Below are positions 1 to 10,522 of a stretch of DNA of 64,000 nucleotides, in pieces. The stretch spans positions 704,001 to 768,000 of the forward strand of contig OZ244799.1 of NCBI GenBank assembly GCA_965219955.1. Reading direction: 5' to 3'. How positions within the stretch are numbered: position 1 is the first letter of the stretch; each line of letters opens with the position of its first letter. The position numbers were made by a program, and so were the translations under genes. Source of the stretch: a bacterium. Its GTDB lineage: Bacteria > UBA8248. The notes beneath the pieces were generated by a model. The model saw nothing but the letters and a program-made list of their open reading frames with translations. It made no database searches and was not told where the DNA came from.

Positions 1-639
1 CCGCCCGAGGCCGGTTTCTTGGAGGTCTTGCGGGAGGAGACCGAAAAGGCGGGCGCCTTGCTCATTTTCGATGAGGTGATGACGGGGTTTCGGGTGGCGA
101 GAGGAGGCGCCCAGGCCCTGTTCGGGATCAAACCCGATTTGACGACCCTCGGGAAGGTGATCGGCGGCGGCATGCCCGTTGGCGCTTACGGCGGAAGGCG
201 CGAGGTGATGGAGTGCGTCGCGCCCCTGGGTTCCGTCTATCAGGCGGGCACGCTATCGGGGAACCCTCTCGCCATGACGGCGGGGATCGAGACGCTTAAA
301 GTCATCGAGGAGCTTGGACTGCCCGAAGCGCTCGATGGAAAAGTCGAAGCCCTTTCGGACGGCATGGCTGACGCGGCGCGGGCGGCGGGAATCCCGCTCA
401 CCGGCGCGCGCTGCGGGTCGATGTTCGGCGCGTTTTTCCAGGCGGGTCCGGTTCGCAATTTCTCCGACGCCATGCGCTCGGATACAGACCGGTATGCCAA
501 ATTCTTTCATTCTATGCTAAAACGGGGCGTGGCATTGGCCCCGAGCCAGTTCGAAGTGGGGTTCATGTCATCCGCCCATACGGATGAGAGCGTGGAGGCC
601 ACGCTGGCCGCCGCGCGAGAGGCGTTCGCCGAGCTGTAG
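1..639 (+). CDS. hemL: Glutamate-1-semialdehyde 2,1-aminomutase, 5'-truncated by the window edge
   Basis: [32 protein letters not shown] (PLP lysine), [13 protein letters not shown] and PSQFE motifs; frame open from base 1. Confidence 0.95.
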   Translation, partial: PPEAGFLEVLREETEKAGALLIFDEVMTGFRVARGGAQALFGIKPDLTTLGKVIGGGMPVGAYGGRREVMECVAPLGSVYQAGTLSGNPLAMTAGIETLKVIEELGLPEALDGKVEALSDGMADAARAAGIPLTGARCGSMFGAFFQAGPVRNFSDAMRSDTDRYAKFFHSMLKRGVALAPSQFEVGFMSSAHTDESVEATLAAAREAFAEL

Positions 640-674
640 CCGATGAGGCTCGCGCGCCTCGGAGTCTGAGCGCG

Positions 675-998
675 ATGCGAAAAGCAGGACGATCATCCAC
701 CAAGGGCCAATCCCCGAAAGCCAGACTCTTCTTCTGGATGTGCGCGGGCGTCATCGTCTTGCTGCTCGGCTCCGCCTTGCTGGGCCGGGACGGGTATCTC
801 GCCGTCATCGTGAACAAAGAGCGCGTGTCCGAACTCAAGAAAGAGAACGCGGAAATCGAGGCGAAGAACAAGGAGTTGCGCTCTGAAATTCGCTCCTTGC
901 GCTCCGATGAGCGCGCGATCGAGAAAATCGCGCGCGAAGACCTAGGCCTCGTCAAGAAAGGCGAAGTCGTCTACGAGTTCATCCCCTCGAAAAAATGA
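675..998 (+). CDS. ftsB: Septum formation initiator, FtsB/DivIC family
   Basis: Single TM helix, coiled coil, IEKIAREDLGLVKKGEVVY C-terminal motif. Confidence 0.85.
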   Translation: MRKAGRSSTKGQSPKARLFFWMCAGVIVLLLGSALLGRDGYLAVIVNKERVSELKKENAEIEAKNKELRSEIRSLRSDERAIEKIAREDLGLVKKGEVVYEFIPSKK

Positions 999-1064
999 AT
1001 CATGGTTTTCGGTTCCTCGATCCCGGGGGAGCCTCCTGGTGATTCTCAAAATACCTCTCTCTCC

Positions 1065-1093
1065 TTGACAGAACGCCCGTGCGGGAGTAGATA
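1065..1093 (+). promoter_or_regulatory. Sigma70-type promoter for tRNA-fMet
   Basis: TTGACA (1065-1070), 17-nt spacer, TAGATA (1088-1093), just upstream of the tRNA. Confidence 0.6.
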
Positions 1094-1104
1094 ACACATA
1101 TTGA

Positions 1105-1181
<77 letters not shown>

Positions 1182-1191
1182 AGCGAATAAC

Positions 1192-1216
1192 GGCCGCGGG
1201 GTCTCCGCGGCTTTTT
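1192..1216 (+). terminator. Intrinsic terminator after the tRNA
   Basis: GGCCGCGG/CCGCGGCT hairpin followed by a T run. Confidence 0.7.
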
Positions 1217-1277
1217 CCTTGCCGGCTACATACACGAAGTCATAGAGACGATACTCATCAGAGTGAAAGGATCAGGA

Positions 1278-2408
1278 ATGGCGGACAAAAGAGAACTCGG
1301 GCTGGCCATCGTCGGCTGCGGGGTCGTGGGACGCATGCGGGGCGCGCTGGCCAGGGATTTCCCCGGGATCGGCTGGATCGGCCTCTCCGACATGAACGAG
1401 AAGGTCGGGCAAAAACTTAAAGCAGACATCGGGGCCGATTTCTTCACCACCGATTTCAAGGAACTCATCGCCAGGCCAGAAGTAGATGCGGCGATCATCG
1501 CCACCTCGACCTGGGCGCACGTCGAACCCACGCTCGCCGCGGCGGAGCGCGGCCTGCCGATGCTGATCGAAAAACCGCTCGCCACGGACGCGCGCGAGTC
1601 GGCCTCCGTGCTGGCGGCGATAGAATCTGCCGGCGTGGACGCCGTCGTCGGCTACACACAGCGGTTTCGCAGGCGTTTTCTGGCTGTGAAGGATCGCGTC
1701 GACAACGGTCAGATCGGCGACGTCACGGCGGCGGTCACGCGCGCCTTCATGAACCGCATGGCGCCGACCGGAGAGGTCCGCCTCTCCCAGGACCGCCGGT
1801 TCCTGACGCCCATGGTCGTTTCCGGCACCCACAGCCTCGACATGTGCCTGTGGCTGATGGGCGACGCCAAACCGGTCTCCCTCTATGCGCGCTCGACGGA
1901 AGGCATATTGAGCGATCTCGGCACCAAGGACGCCACCTTCGGCGTGTTCACGATGGACAGCGGCGCCATCTGGAGCATGAACATCTGCTGGGCGCTGCCC
2001 AAGGAGTGGCCAGGCGCGGTGTATGGACTCGAAATCGGCATCGTGGGCACCAAGGGGGTGGTGGACATCGAGGACACGCACCGCGACGTGGTGATGGCGT
2101 CTGAATTCTCGCAGGGGCCCGCCTATAACCCCGAGGACCTCAACCTGGAAGCGCGGCGAAACGTCGAATTCCTCACCAGCTTCCCGCCGGGCGACATGTA
2201 TGACGGGGAACTCTGGGGCCCCATGCGCGAGGAGACGAACTCCTGGTTCCAGCGGATATATTCGGGCAAGCGCACGCCCCATGCGACCGCCGCCGAGGGG
2301 CACCGCAACCTCGTGCTGACCATGGCGATGGACCTCTCGGCCAAGCGCGGCGAGGAGTTGAAGCTGCCCATCGATCCCGCGGAGTTGATGGCGGGTCTGG
2401 AAGCGTAA
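1278..2408 (+). CDS. Gfo/Idh/MocA family NAD(P)-dependent oxidoreductase
   Basis: IVGCGVVG Rossmann motif, IEKPLA, GYTQRF, GTHSLD; ATG after AGGA. Confidence 0.88.
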   Translation: MADKRELGLAIVGCGVVGRMRGALARDFPGIGWIGLSDMNEKVGQKLKADIGADFFTTDFKELIARPEVDAAIIATSTWAHVEPTLAAAERGLPMLIEKPLATDARESASVLAAIESAGVDAVVGYTQRFRRRFLAVKDRVDNGQIGDVTAAVTRAFMNRMAPTGEVRLSQDRRFLTPMVVSGTHSLDMCLWLMGDAKPVSLYARSTEGILSDLGTKDATFGVFTMDSGAIWSMNICWALPKEWPGAVYGLEIGIVGTKGVVDIEDTHRDVVMASEFSQGPAYNPEDLNLEARRNVEFLTSFPPGDMYDGELWGPMREETNSWFQRIYSGKRTPHATAAEGHRNLVLTMAMDLSAKRGEELKLPIDPAELMAGLEA

Positions 2409-2448
2409 GACATTCCTGGAAATTCAATCAGTAGGACTGAGCAAATAC

Positions 2449-3606
2449 ATGGCGACGCGGGAATTGGGAATCATTCTGCACGGGGCGACGGGCGGCATAG
2501 GCTCCTTCCAGCACCTGAGAAACTCGCTCATACCCATCATCAATGAGGGCGGCCTCGACGTTGGCGGCGAGAGAATCCTGCCAAAGCCCCTGCTCGTCGG
2601 CAGGAGCGGGGAGCGCCTCGCGAAGCTGGCGGCGGAACACGGCGGCCTCGACTGGACGACGGACTTAGACGCGGCCCTTGGGAACGCAGCGTATCCCGTC
2701 TTCTTCGACGCGGCGGCCACGCACTTGCGGGTGGGCGTATTAGAGCGCGCCATCGCCGCCGGGAAGCACATCTATACCGAAAAGCCCGTCGCGCCCAGCG
2801 TAAAGGAGGGGATGGATCTCCTGCGCGCGGCGCAGGCGGAGGGCATCAAGCACGGCGCGGTGGAGGACAAGCTCTTCCTGCCGGGGTTCCTGAAACTCAG
2901 CCGGGTGGTGGAGAGCGGTTTTCTGGGGCGCATCATCGGTTTCCAGATCAACTTCGGCTGGTGGGTGTTCGACGGTATCGAGGCGGAATGCCAGCGTCCG
3001 AGCTGGAACTACCGGAAGGCGGGCGGCGGCGGCCTCATCTCGGACATGCACCCCCACTGGCGCTACATCGTCGAGGGGGTTCTCGGGCCGATTGCGCGCG
3101 TGGCGGCGCTCTCCTGGACGGGGCAGACCGAGCGCGCCGACGAGGCGGGGGAGCGCTTCGATGTCGACGTGGAGGACAACGCGCATACGCTTTTGGAACT
3201 CGAAAGCGGCGCGCGCGGCGCGATTCTGAGCTCCTGGTCCACCCGCGTGCGGCGCGAGGACCTGGTGACCTTCCAGGTGGATGGAACAGGGGGCTCCGCG
3301 GTGGCGGGCTTGAGACGCTGCTGGAAGCAGGCGGCGGGCGATACGCCGTTGGTGCGCGGTTTTCTCATGGGACGCGACGCGGACACGATGGACGTCTCGG
3401 TGGACTACCGCGAAAACTGGGAAGAAGAACTCGACACCGCGCCATATAAAAATCCCTACCGCTTCGGCTGGGAGCGCTTCATCCGCCACGTGGCGGGCGA
3501 TGAGCCTTTCTACGCCGATCTCTCCGCAGGCATCCGCGACGTGCGACTCGCCGAGGCTTGTCTCAAAAGCGCGCAGGAGGGTGGTTGGGTGGACATGAGG
3601 GCGTGA
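2449..3606 (+). CDS. Gfo/Idh/MocA family oxidoreductase
   Basis: HGATGGIG, GKHIYTEKP, RPSWNYRKAGGGG, DMHPHW. Confidence 0.88.
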   Translation: MATRELGIILHGATGGIGSFQHLRNSLIPIINEGGLDVGGERILPKPLLVGRSGERLAKLAAEHGGLDWTTDLDAALGNAAYPVFFDAAATHLRVGVLERAIAAGKHIYTEKPVAPSVKEGMDLLRAAQAEGIKHGAVEDKLFLPGFLKLSRVVESGFLGRIIGFQINFGWWVFDGIEAECQRPSWNYRKAGGGGLISDMHPHWRYIVEGVLGPIARVAALSWTGQTERADEAGERFDVDVEDNAHTLLELESGARGAILSSWSTRVRREDLVTFQVDGTGGSAVAGLRRCWKQAAGDTPLVRGFLMGRDADTMDVSVDYRENWEEELDTAPYKNPYRFGWERFIRHVAGDEPFYADLSAGIRDVRLAEACLKSAQEGGWVDMRA

Positions 3607-3680
3607 TTCGGCGTTTAGAGCCAAGCAGGGGGAGGGGGGTGACAACTCTCCCTCTTGCAGAGCGCCAACAAACCACTCGT

Positions 3681-4410
3681 CCTTTGAGGGGGTTGTTGAA
3701 AAACCCCTCGTCGGGGGACATTGCCTTTAGCGGGAAGGCCGTTTTCGCGCGAACCCCCGACCTCCCTCTTTAGAAGCAACCCCCCCTACCCCCTTGTCGG
3801 GGCTGTTGAAAAAGTTTTCTTCAAGGGAGTACCCCCCCTCCAACCCCTCTTGTCAGGGCTGTTGAAAAACCCGGCATTGGGAGCGGGCTTTGCAGAAGCC
3901 CTGAAACCCTCATCCTGAGTAGGCGCGTAAGCGCCGTATCGAAGGATGGGGGGCGCGAACTTCGCCCTTCGATACGCGGCTTCGCCGCTACTCAGGGTGA
4001 GGCGGATGGAAAGACCGTCGCACAGGATGAGGCGGCGCGCTTTTGATCGTCATTCCGGCGAAAGCCGGAATCCATTTTGACTTTTCACCGGGCGGAGCGA
4101 CCACGACCTTGTTGTTGCGCGGCGTCGGGATGCGGAATCCAGAGAATTCGCCTTTCGTTTTTGTGTTCGATTCCGCTCCTCCCCGCCCGAGAGTAAAGAC
4201 GTCCGAACGAGGAGGCGAAAAGGCGAAGGCGCAAATGGATTCCGGCTTTCGCCGGAATGACGGCAGAGGTCAATTCCGAGCGAGGAGGGTTAATCAACAA
4301 CACCTACTCGCTCGGTTTTGACCCCCCACCGCATCAGCTTTCGCCCACAGGGCTCGGCTTCTGCGTCGAACTTTCCCCTCAGGAAGCCCGGTCCCCTCAA
4401 GGGGAGTGAG
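3681..4410. repeat. Mosaic cluster of palindromic repeats and MITE-like ends
   Basis: GGGG(T/C)TGTTGAAAAA ends, CCCCCCTACCCCCTTGTC unit, CCTCATCCTGAGTA...TACTCAGGGTGAGG unit, and a 215-bp element at 4048-4262 bounded by CGTCATTCCGGCGAAAGCCGGAATCCA inverted repeats. Confidence 0.9.
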
Positions 4411-4503
4411 TACATCATTCACTTTCGCCTCCAGAACCCGGAACTCATTGTCGAGTTATGGGTATCATTTCCCTTTCATTCGCTAACCTTGAAATCTCCG
4501 GTT

Positions 4504-4995
4504 TCACCCGACAGGGTCCCGCCCGCCGCCGTGGTTCGCCACGTCCTCCTCATTCAGTTGAACGAACGCCTGCGCCAAGACGATGGCGGCGGTGTTGGCG
4601 AGGTTGTAGGAGCGAATCGGGCCGGGCATGGGCACGTAAATCCGCCGCTCGGGCCAGCGCGCGTGCCACGCATCGGGCAGGCCGGTGTTTTCGTTCCCGA
4701 GGAGCAGCACGTCTTCGTCTTTGTATGAAACTCTATCGAAGCGCGAAGCGCCGAACTTCGTGATGAGCCAGGGCGTTCTCTCGCCCAGCCATTCGAGAAA
4801 GAGGGCTTCGTTCCCGTGGATGGTGAGCTTAACGTCGGGCCAGTAGTCGAGAGCCGCTCTTTTGAGGGAATTGTCCGAAAAATCGAATTTCGCAGGCTCG
4901 ATGACGTGCAGGTGCGCTCCCATCCCCACGCACAAGCGGCCGATGTTCCCGGTGTTCTGCGGAATCGCGGGATGATAGAGAGCGACGTGGAGCAT
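4504..4995 (-). CDS. trmL: tRNA (cytidine(34)-2'-O)-methyltransferase
   Basis: PAIPQNTGNIGRLC, KRAALDYW, GNENTGL, PMPGPIRSYNLA SPOUT motifs. Confidence 0.92.
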   Translation of the reverse strand: MLHVALYHPAIPQNTGNIGRLCVGMGAHLHVIEPAKFDFSDNSLKRAALDYWPDVKLTIHGNEALFLEWLGERTPWLITKFGASRFDRVSYKDEDVLLLGNENTGLPDAWHARWPERRIYVPMPGPIRSYNLANTAAIVLAQAFVQLNEEDVANHGGGRDPVG

Positions 4996-5033
4996 TTGAT
5001 TCTATTCGAGATTTGGGGACCCGGCGCCGGGCA

Positions 5034-6350
5034 TCATCCAGAGACGGCGCCGCGAACGCTTGCCTTGTCCACCGCGTCGGTGAGAATGTCCATCGCCTGA
5101 TCCATCTGGCCTTCCGTCGTGGTGGCCGGCGGCACGAAGCGCAGCACGCTTCCCCCGCGCCGCTGGCTGAAGATGAGGCCGTTCTCCAGGCACCGGCGGT
5201 TGATCTCGCTTCCCTGCCTGGTGGCGGGCGTCTTGGAGCGCCTGTCCTCCACCAGTTCGATCCCCTGCAAAAGCCCCCGGCCCCGGATGTCGCCCACCAT
5301 TTCATACTGCTCGCCCAGCCAGGTGAGGCGCTCTCTCAGGTGCGCGCCGATTTTTCTCGCCTTGGCGGGCACGTCTTCTCCCTCGATGACGTCGAGGCTC
5401 GCCACCCCTGCGGCGCAGGCGAGCGGGTCGTTGGTGTGCGAATGGGTGACGACGAACTCGGTGGACGCTATCTTGTCCTCCACCTCCGCGCTCGTCGAGA
5501 CCGAAGAGATGCTCACGCCCCCGCCGAAGTGCTTCGCCAGCGTCACGACGTCGGGCACCACCTCGTCCTTCTCGAAGCCGAACATCGTGCCCAGCTTGCC
5601 GAGTCCCGTCTGCTCGTCGTCCACGATGAGGAGCATGCCGCGCTCCTCGCAGCTTTGTTTCAGCTTCTTGAGCCACCCGGGCGGCGGCTCCACCACCCCG
5701 CCCGCGCTGAAGAGAGGCTCGGTGATGACGGCGGCGGGCTTGCTCGTCGTTTGCGCGTCGATGAGTTCGAAACTCGTGTCCAGGCAGGCGATCTCGCAAT
5801 CGGGGAATTTCTGGGCGAGCGGACAGCGGTAGCAATAGGGCGCGACCATGGCCATGCTCCCCGGCGAGAGCGGCCCGTGCCCGCTGTGCCAGCCCGCGAA
5901 GGTGAGCGAGCGCGCCGTGTCGGAGAGGCCGTGGAAGCTGATGTGGGGGCTCGCCACCTCGAAGCCGTCGGTGTATTTGCGGGCGATCGTCACCGCCGCC
6001 TCGTTGGCGTCGGCGCCTGACCCCAGAAAGAGGCTTTTCTCGAGTGGGGGCGGCAGCAGCGCGCCCAGGCGTTCGGCGAGGATGATTTCCTGATCGTTGA
6101 AGAAGCTGCTGTGCGCGTGGATCAGCTCATCGCAGCTTTTCTTGATGGCGTCCGTGACGGTGGGGTGGTTGTGCCCGAGGGCGGAGCACATCTGGCCCGA
6201 GTTGAAATCGAGGTACTGCTTGCCGTTCACGTCCTCGACGGTGGAACCCTCGCCGCGCACGAAGACGGGCCCTGAGAAAACCGACTTGTCCACCCGGCCG
6301 CGGAAGCTGTATTTCTTCGCCGAATCGAGCAGGTCTTTTTCGCTTCGCAT
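5034..6350 (-). CDS. Class III aminotransferase, 2,2-dialkylglycine decarboxylase-like
   Basis: DFNSGQMCSALGHNHP, EPLFSAGG, DDEQTG, TLAKHFGGG, SHTNDPL; GGAGG before ATG 6350. Confidence 0.8.
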   Translation of the reverse strand: MRSEKDLLDSAKKYSFRGRVDKSVFSGPVFVRGEGSTVEDVNGKQYLDFNSGQMCSALGHNHPTVTDAIKKSCDELIHAHSSFFNDQEIILAERLGALLPPPLEKSLFLGSGADANEAAVTIARKYTDGFEVASPHISFHGLSDTARSLTFAGWHSGHGPLSPGSMAMVAPYCYRCPLAQKFPDCEIACLDTSFELIDAQTTSKPAAVITEPLFSAGGVVEPPPGWLKKLKQSCEERGMLLIVDDEQTGLGKLGTMFGFEKDEVVPDVVTLAKHFGGGVSISSVSTSAEVEDKIASTEFVVTHSHTNDPLACAAGVASLDVIEGEDVPAKARKIGAHLRERLTWLGEQYEMVGDIRGRGLLQGIELVEDRRSKTPATRQGSEINRRCLENGLIFSQRRGGSVLRFVPPATTTEGQMDQAMDILTDAVDKASVRGAVSG

Positions 6351-6592
6351 GGGAATGCCTCCATGGGTGTCGCGAGAGTGGACGCCCGGTGCGCTCCTCC
6401 CGCCTATGCGGTTTTCCCGCTCAAGCCGCGCTCCATGTAACGCTGATGTATGCTTTAATACTAGCGCATATTCATGGATTCGGATATGGCTTATCATCGA
6501 GCCATGAGGCGGTGGTCTTCCAAAGACGAATCGCCCGAGAGCCGCGCGATTGCGCGTATCATGGGCCGTGACTTGCGGGAGGGTGGTTTCGA

Positions 6593-8140
6593 ATGAACAT
6601 GGCGGAATTCTTGGCCCGGGCGGCCAGAGCCTGCGGGGAGCGGCCGGCCATTTCGTACGGTGAGGCGGTTCACTGCACGTATGAGGAGTTCGCTCGCAGG
6701 GCGGGCTCCATGGCGGGTTTCCTGCGGGAAGATCTTGAGATGAAGCCCGGGGACCGCGTCGCCATCACCATGAAGAATTGCCCGGCGTTTCTGGAGGTCC
6801 TCTACGCCATATGGCACGCGGGCTGCTGCGCGCTGCCCGTCAACGCCAAACTCCATCCGAAGGAGATGGCCTTCATCCTCGAAAACGCGGGCGCGCGCAG
6901 TTGCTTCGCCACCTCCGACTTGATGGGGACTGTGGCGCCGCTCACCGATGAAATCGAGACGCTCGAGAACGTGATGGAGGTCGATACCCCCGAATACCGG
7001 GCGATTCAGTCCCGAGGGGCCGTTCCCATCGAACCTCAAGAGCCGGATGATCTGGCCTGGCTCTTCTATACGAGCGGCACGACGGGCAGGCCGAAGGGCG
7101 CCATGCTCACCCACCAGAACCTGCACAGCATGTCCCTGAGCTATTTCGCCGACGTCGATCCGGTCACCGAAAACGACTGCATCCTGCATGCCGCGCCCTT
7201 GTCCCACGGTTCGGGGCTGTACGCGATACCGCACGTCTATCAGGGCGCCAACAACATCGTTCCCGAGAGCGGGGGGTTCGAGCCGGCGGAGATTTTTCGG
7301 CTTATCGAGGCCTACCCGGGCCTCGCCATGTTCGCGGCGCCCACCATGGTGACGCGCCTGGTTCAGAGCGAGGCGATAGGGGATGCGGACACCACGAATC
7401 TGAAGGTCATCGCATACGGCGGCGGGCCGATGTACCTGGAAGACCTGAAAAAGGCGATGGAGGCGCTGGGGAACAAACTCGTTCAGGTCTACGGGCAGGG
7501 GGAAAGCCCCATGACCATCACGGTCGTCTCCAGGGAACGGCACGTCGATACGGATCATCCGCGCTTCGAGGAGCGGCTCGCATCCGTCGGGGTGCCGCAT
7601 ACCGTGGTCGAAGTGCGCGTGGTGGACGCCGGGGACAACACCCTGCCGCCGGGAGAGACCGGCGAGGTGCTCGTGCGCGGCGACGTCGTCATGAAGGGCT
7701 ACTGGAACAACCCCGAGGCCACCGCGAGCGCGCTCAAGGGCGGGTGGCTCCACACGGGCGACGTGGGCGTGATGGATGAGGACGGCTTCCTGACCCTCAA
7801 GGATCGCTCGAAAGACCTCATCATCAGCGGCGGCAGCAACATCTATCCCCGCGAGGTGGAGGAAGTGCTGCTCCGCCACGAGGGCGTTCAGGAGGTCTCC
7901 GTCATCGGGCGTCCCCACCCGGACTGGGGAGAAGAGGTGATGGCCTTCGTGGTGCCCAGGGATGAGCGAGGGGTGAACGAAGAAGACCTCGACGGCTTGT
8001 GCCTCGAACACATCGCGCGCTTCAAGCGCCCCCGGGCGTACCGCTTCATCGAGGCCCTGCCCAAGAACAACTACGGAAAAGTTCTCAAGACGGCGCTTCG
8101 CGAGATGGCGGAGGGCGAATCCCGGGAAAACGGTGGATGA
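6593..8140 (+). CDS. AMP-dependent acyl-CoA ligase
   Basis: YTSGTTGRPKG, YGQGE, GWLHTGD, LPKNNYGKVLK. Confidence 0.92.
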   Translation: MNMAEFLARAARACGERPAISYGEAVHCTYEEFARRAGSMAGFLREDLEMKPGDRVAITMKNCPAFLEVLYAIWHAGCCALPVNAKLHPKEMAFILENAGARSCFATSDLMGTVAPLTDEIETLENVMEVDTPEYRAIQSRGAVPIEPQEPDDLAWLFYTSGTTGRPKGAMLTHQNLHSMSLSYFADVDPVTENDCILHAAPLSHGSGLYAIPHVYQGANNIVPESGGFEPAEIFRLIEAYPGLAMFAAPTMVTRLVQSEAIGDADTTNLKVIAYGGGPMYLEDLKKAMEALGNKLVQVYGQGESPMTITVVSRERHVDTDHPRFEERLASVGVPHTVVEVRVVDAGDNTLPPGETGEVLVRGDVVMKGYWNNPEATASALKGGWLHTGDVGVMDEDGFLTLKDRSKDLIISGGSNIYPREVEEVLLRHEGVQEVSVIGRPHPDWGEEVMAFVVPRDERGVNEEDLDGLCLEHIARFKRPRAYRFIEALPKNNYGKVLKTALREMAEGESRENGG

Positions 8141-9519
8141 TGAAGCCGGGCGCCGCGCCTTACGCGAAAGAGATGAGGTTCTCCCGGCTCAAGCAATCGT
8201 ATTCCTCGGGCGAGCGCACGCCGGTGGGCGTCATTCATGAGGTTTGCGAGCGGATCGCCGCGCGCGGTGAGGACGGCGTGTGGATTCACGTCGAACCTGA
8301 GGAGAAATTACTCGCGCGCGCGCAAGAACTCGAAGCCCGCCGGGCGGATGCGGGCGCACTCCCTCTATACGGCGTTCCCTTCGCGGTGAAGGACAACATC
8401 GACGTGGCCGGGGTTCCGACGACGGCGGCGTGCCCCGAATACGCCTATACGCCCGAGGTGAGCGCTCCCTGCGTGGGGCTTCTGCTCGATGCCGGGGCCG
8501 TTTTCGTCGGAAAGACGAATCTGGATCAGTTCGCGACCGGCCTCGTGGGCACGCGAACGCCTTATGGCGTGGCGCGGAACCCGTTCCACGCGGGCTACAT
8601 ACCGGGCGGTTCGAGTTCCGGCTCGGCCGTGGCCGTCGCTTCGGGGCTGGTGAGTTTCGCGCTCGGCACGGACACGGCGGGCTCGGGCCGGGTTCCTGCG
8701 GGGTTCAACAACATCGTGGGCTTGAAACCCTCACGGGGGCTGGTGAGCGCGCGGGGCGTGGTTCCCGCCTGCCGCACGCTCGATTGCGTCTCGGTCTTCG
8801 CGCTCGAGGCTTCGGATGCGCTTTGCGCTCTCGAGACGATGGCCGTCCCCGATGACGACGCTTACAGCCGCGCTCTTCCGGCGGGGGCGTCCCTGCAAAT
8901 GGCCGCCGGTTTGCCGCAGGGGCTGAAGGCGGGCGTTCCTCTGCCGGGACAAAGGGATTTCCTGGGAGATGATGAGGCGCGAAGCGCCTATGAGCGGGGA
9001 ATCGAACGTCTCTCCGGGATGGGCGTGGCTGTGCGGGAAGTCGATTTCTCGCCCTTTTTCGAGGCGGCGAAACTCCTCTACGGCGGTCCCTGGGTGGCGG
9101 AGCGGCTGGCGGCGATTGAGGAATTTTTCGGAGAAAAGCCCGAAGCCTTCCATCCCGTCACGAGAGAGTTGATCGCGGGCGCCGCCCGGTACTCGGCGGT
9201 CGACGCTTTCCGGGCTTTCTATCGTCTGGAAGAATTAAAGCATGAAGTGAGAAAAACCCGGAAAAGCATTGATCTTATGATGGTTCCAACGACACCTACG
9301 GCCTATACGATAGACGAGGTGAATGCCGACCCCATCACCTTGAACGCGAACCTGGGGATGTATACGAATTTCGTGAATCTCCTGGATTTATGCGCCGTCG
9401 CCATCCCGAACGGGTTCTATGCGAACGGTCTCCCCATCGGGGTGACCCTCCTCGCGCCCGCCTTTCAGGAGGGCTTCCTGTGCGCGGTGGCGGAGGAATT
9501 TATATCGGGGGAAGGTTAA
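8137..9519 (+). CDS. atzF: Allophanate hydrolase-like amidase (amidase domain only)
   Basis: VKDNID, KTNLDQFATGLVGTRTPYG, PGGSSSGS, GTDTAGSGRVPA, LLYGGPWVAER, YTNFVNLLD; ATGA overlap with the upstream stop. Confidence 0.8.
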   Translation: MMKPGAAPYAKEMRFSRLKQSYSSGERTPVGVIHEVCERIAARGEDGVWIHVEPEEKLLARAQELEARRADAGALPLYGVPFAVKDNIDVAGVPTTAACPEYAYTPEVSAPCVGLLLDAGAVFVGKTNLDQFATGLVGTRTPYGVARNPFHAGYIPGGSSSGSAVAVASGLVSFALGTDTAGSGRVPAGFNNIVGLKPSRGLVSARGVVPACRTLDCVSVFALEASDALCALETMAVPDDDAYSRALPAGASLQMAAGLPQGLKAGVPLPGQRDFLGDDEARSAYERGIERLSGMGVAVREVDFSPFFEAAKLLYGGPWVAERLAAIEEFFGEKPEAFHPVTRELIAGAARYSAVDAFRAFYRLEELKHEVRKTRKSIDLMMVPTTPTAYTIDEVNADPITLNANLGMYTNFVNLLDLCAVAIPNGFYANGLPIGVTLLAPAFQEGFLCAVAEEFISGEG

Positions 9520-9565
9520 GATAGATGAAGATGAAAATGAGAGACTATTTCGTGGAGGATGTCTG

Positions 9566-10465
9566 ATGAAGCGACTGGGTTTTGTAGGAGTCGGGGCGAT
9601 GGGCGGCCGGATGGCGCCGCATCTCCTCAAGGCGGGCCATGAAGTGGGCGTGGTGGACGTCGTCCGCGAATCCGTGGAGCGCGCCGTATCAAATGGCGCC
9701 TTCGAGGCGTCGAACCCGGCTGAACTGGCCTCAACGTGCGATATCGTGCTCACCTCCCTGCCCACGGGAGCCGAGGTGGAAGACGTCTACCTGGGCGAGG
9801 GCGGCCTCATGGAAGCCGTGGGCGAGGGCTGTTTGCTGGTCGACCTCTCCACCATCGAGCCCGATCAGAGCCGAAAGCTCGCCGCCGAGGCGGCGGAGCG
9901 CGGGGCGGTGGCGCTCGATGCGCCCGTCTCCGGCGGAGTGATGGGGGCGGACGCGGCGAGCCTCACCATCATGGTCGGGGGGCCGAAGGAGGCTTTCGAG
10001 ACGGTGCAGCCCGTTCTGGCGCTGATGGGGAAGAACATCATCCACGTCGGAGGGTACGGCGCGGGGCAGGTCGCCAAACTCTGCAACAACCTCATCGCGG
10101 GCGTCACCATGGTGGCGGCGGCGGAGGCGTTCGCCATGGGCAAGGCGTCCGGCGTGGACACCAAAATTCTCCACGAGGTGATCCGCACGAGCAGCGGCGG
10201 AAGCTGGGTGATGGAGAAAGACCCGCCGTGCCCCGATCTCATCGATGGCGCGCCTTCGAGCAAGGATTTCGAGGCGGGCTTCACGGTGGACCTGATGCTC
10301 AAGGACATGTCCCTGGCCGTTTCGGCCCTGATGTCGCTGGGGATTCCGTGCCCTGCCGGCGCGGCGGCGAACCAGGTCTACCGCATGGCTTCGCGCGACG
10401 GCCTGGGGGATCTGGATTTCTCCGCGGTGGCCATGCTGACGGGCGCGGCGGAGCGTCTCCGATGA
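9566..10465 (+). CDS. 3-hydroxyisobutyrate dehydrogenase family (beta-hydroxyacid dehydrogenase)
   Basis: GVGAMG, DAPVSGG, AKLCNN, LMLKD. Confidence 0.88.
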   Translation: MKRLGFVGVGAMGGRMAPHLLKAGHEVGVVDVVRESVERAVSNGAFEASNPAELASTCDIVLTSLPTGAEVEDVYLGEGGLMEAVGEGCLLVDLSTIEPDQSRKLAAEAAERGAVALDAPVSGGVMGADAASLTIMVGGPKEAFETVQPVLALMGKNIIHVGGYGAGQVAKLCNNLIAGVTMVAAAEAFAMGKASGVDTKILHEVIRTSSGGSWVMEKDPPCPDLIDGAPSSKDFEAGFTVDLMLKDMSLAVSALMSLGIPCPAGAAANQVYRMASRDGLGDLDFSAVAMLTGAAERLR

Positions 10466-10522
10466 GCGAAGTATCGAAGGAATGCGCCTGACGACGAAGC
10501 GCGCCGATAGGAGGAATGTCCG

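Noticed and set aside
4043-4321. Short ORFs in repeat clusters (VIPAKAGIH, VGTGLRACP, PPTPPCQGG types; also near 28630, 38263, 43257, 49085, 63527)
   Set aside because: They are translations of palindromic repeats with no RBS or domain evidence.
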